A DNA stretch of 64,000 nt from Chiloscyllium plagiosum (Eukaryota): NCBI RefSeq assembly GCF_004010195.1, contig NC_057718.1, positions 52,762,498-52,826,497 of the forward strand, read 5' to 3'. This document shows, piece after piece, positions 63,690 to 64,000 of this stretch. The notes below the pieces were generated by a model that was given only the letters and a program-made list of their open reading frames with translations, was not told where the DNA came from and did not search any database. The position numbers and the translations under genes are program-made. How positions within the stretch are numbered: position 1 is the stretch's first letter; every line of letters begins with the position of its first letter.

Positions 63690-64000
63690 GCTTGTTCATG
63701 TTCCAGGTATGTTCACCTGCAATCTTCATTGATCCACAATTGATTCCCTGGCCTGTTGTTAATGGTACAGTGGAGGATATGCTGTGTTATGAATTTACAG
63801 ATAGTGAATGAATACAATTCAGCTGCTAGTGGCCCGCAGTGCCTCATAGATAGCCAGGTCTTAGTTTTTTGATCTGTTTGGAAACTACCTCATTCAACAA
63901 AGAAATAGCGCCACATAATAAAATGAAGGGTCTCCTCAATAGAAAGTTGGTGACTTTCCATAAGAATTATGCTCTTGTTAATCCTGACATAGACTGTTTG
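63690..64000 (-). mobile_element. Degenerate LINE fragment (second family, likely)
   Basis: 'ttacagatagtgaatgaatacaattcagctgct...ggcccgcagtgcctcatagat', resembling antisense LINE ORF2 text; judged by eye. Confidence 0.4.

Noticed and set aside
1..64000. CRISPR array or prokaryotic operon
   Set aside because: No regularly spaced repeat-spacer array and no gene-dense coding; the palindromic repeats are dispersed eukaryotic retroelement ends.

Overview
Eukaryotic, AT-rich, repeat-dense DNA. The repeat content (HE1/V-SINE-like SINEs, many CR1 LINEs, Rex1-like LINE, Penelope-like elements) points to a cartilaginous fish, probably a shark; this is inferred, not verified. I cannot identify a host protein-coding gene, so the window looks intronic or intergenic, with two assembly gaps (12464-12526, 48535-49034). 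Nearly all recognisable ORFs are retrotransposon fragments, often nested: CR1 RT at 54445-55384 (-), Rex1-like RT at about 2920-3630 (+), and Penelope RT-tail/GIY-YIG at 52076-53245 (-) and 24735-25235. The strongest signal is a set of short Penelope pseudo-LTR insertions from at least four sequence families. Many retain a minimal hammerhead-ribozyme core (CUGANGA, stem II, GAAA, palindromic stem III, NUH). Stem sequences differ between families while pairing is conserved. Several insertions are fold-back palindromes with a hammerhead on each strand, and many have 9-20 bp target-site duplications; one (50601-50838) has perfect 96-bp arms. Also present: a 292-bp local direct duplication, a putative Rex1-dependent non-autonomous element, and a few weak candidate small exons. 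Boundaries of degenerate repeats are approximate.
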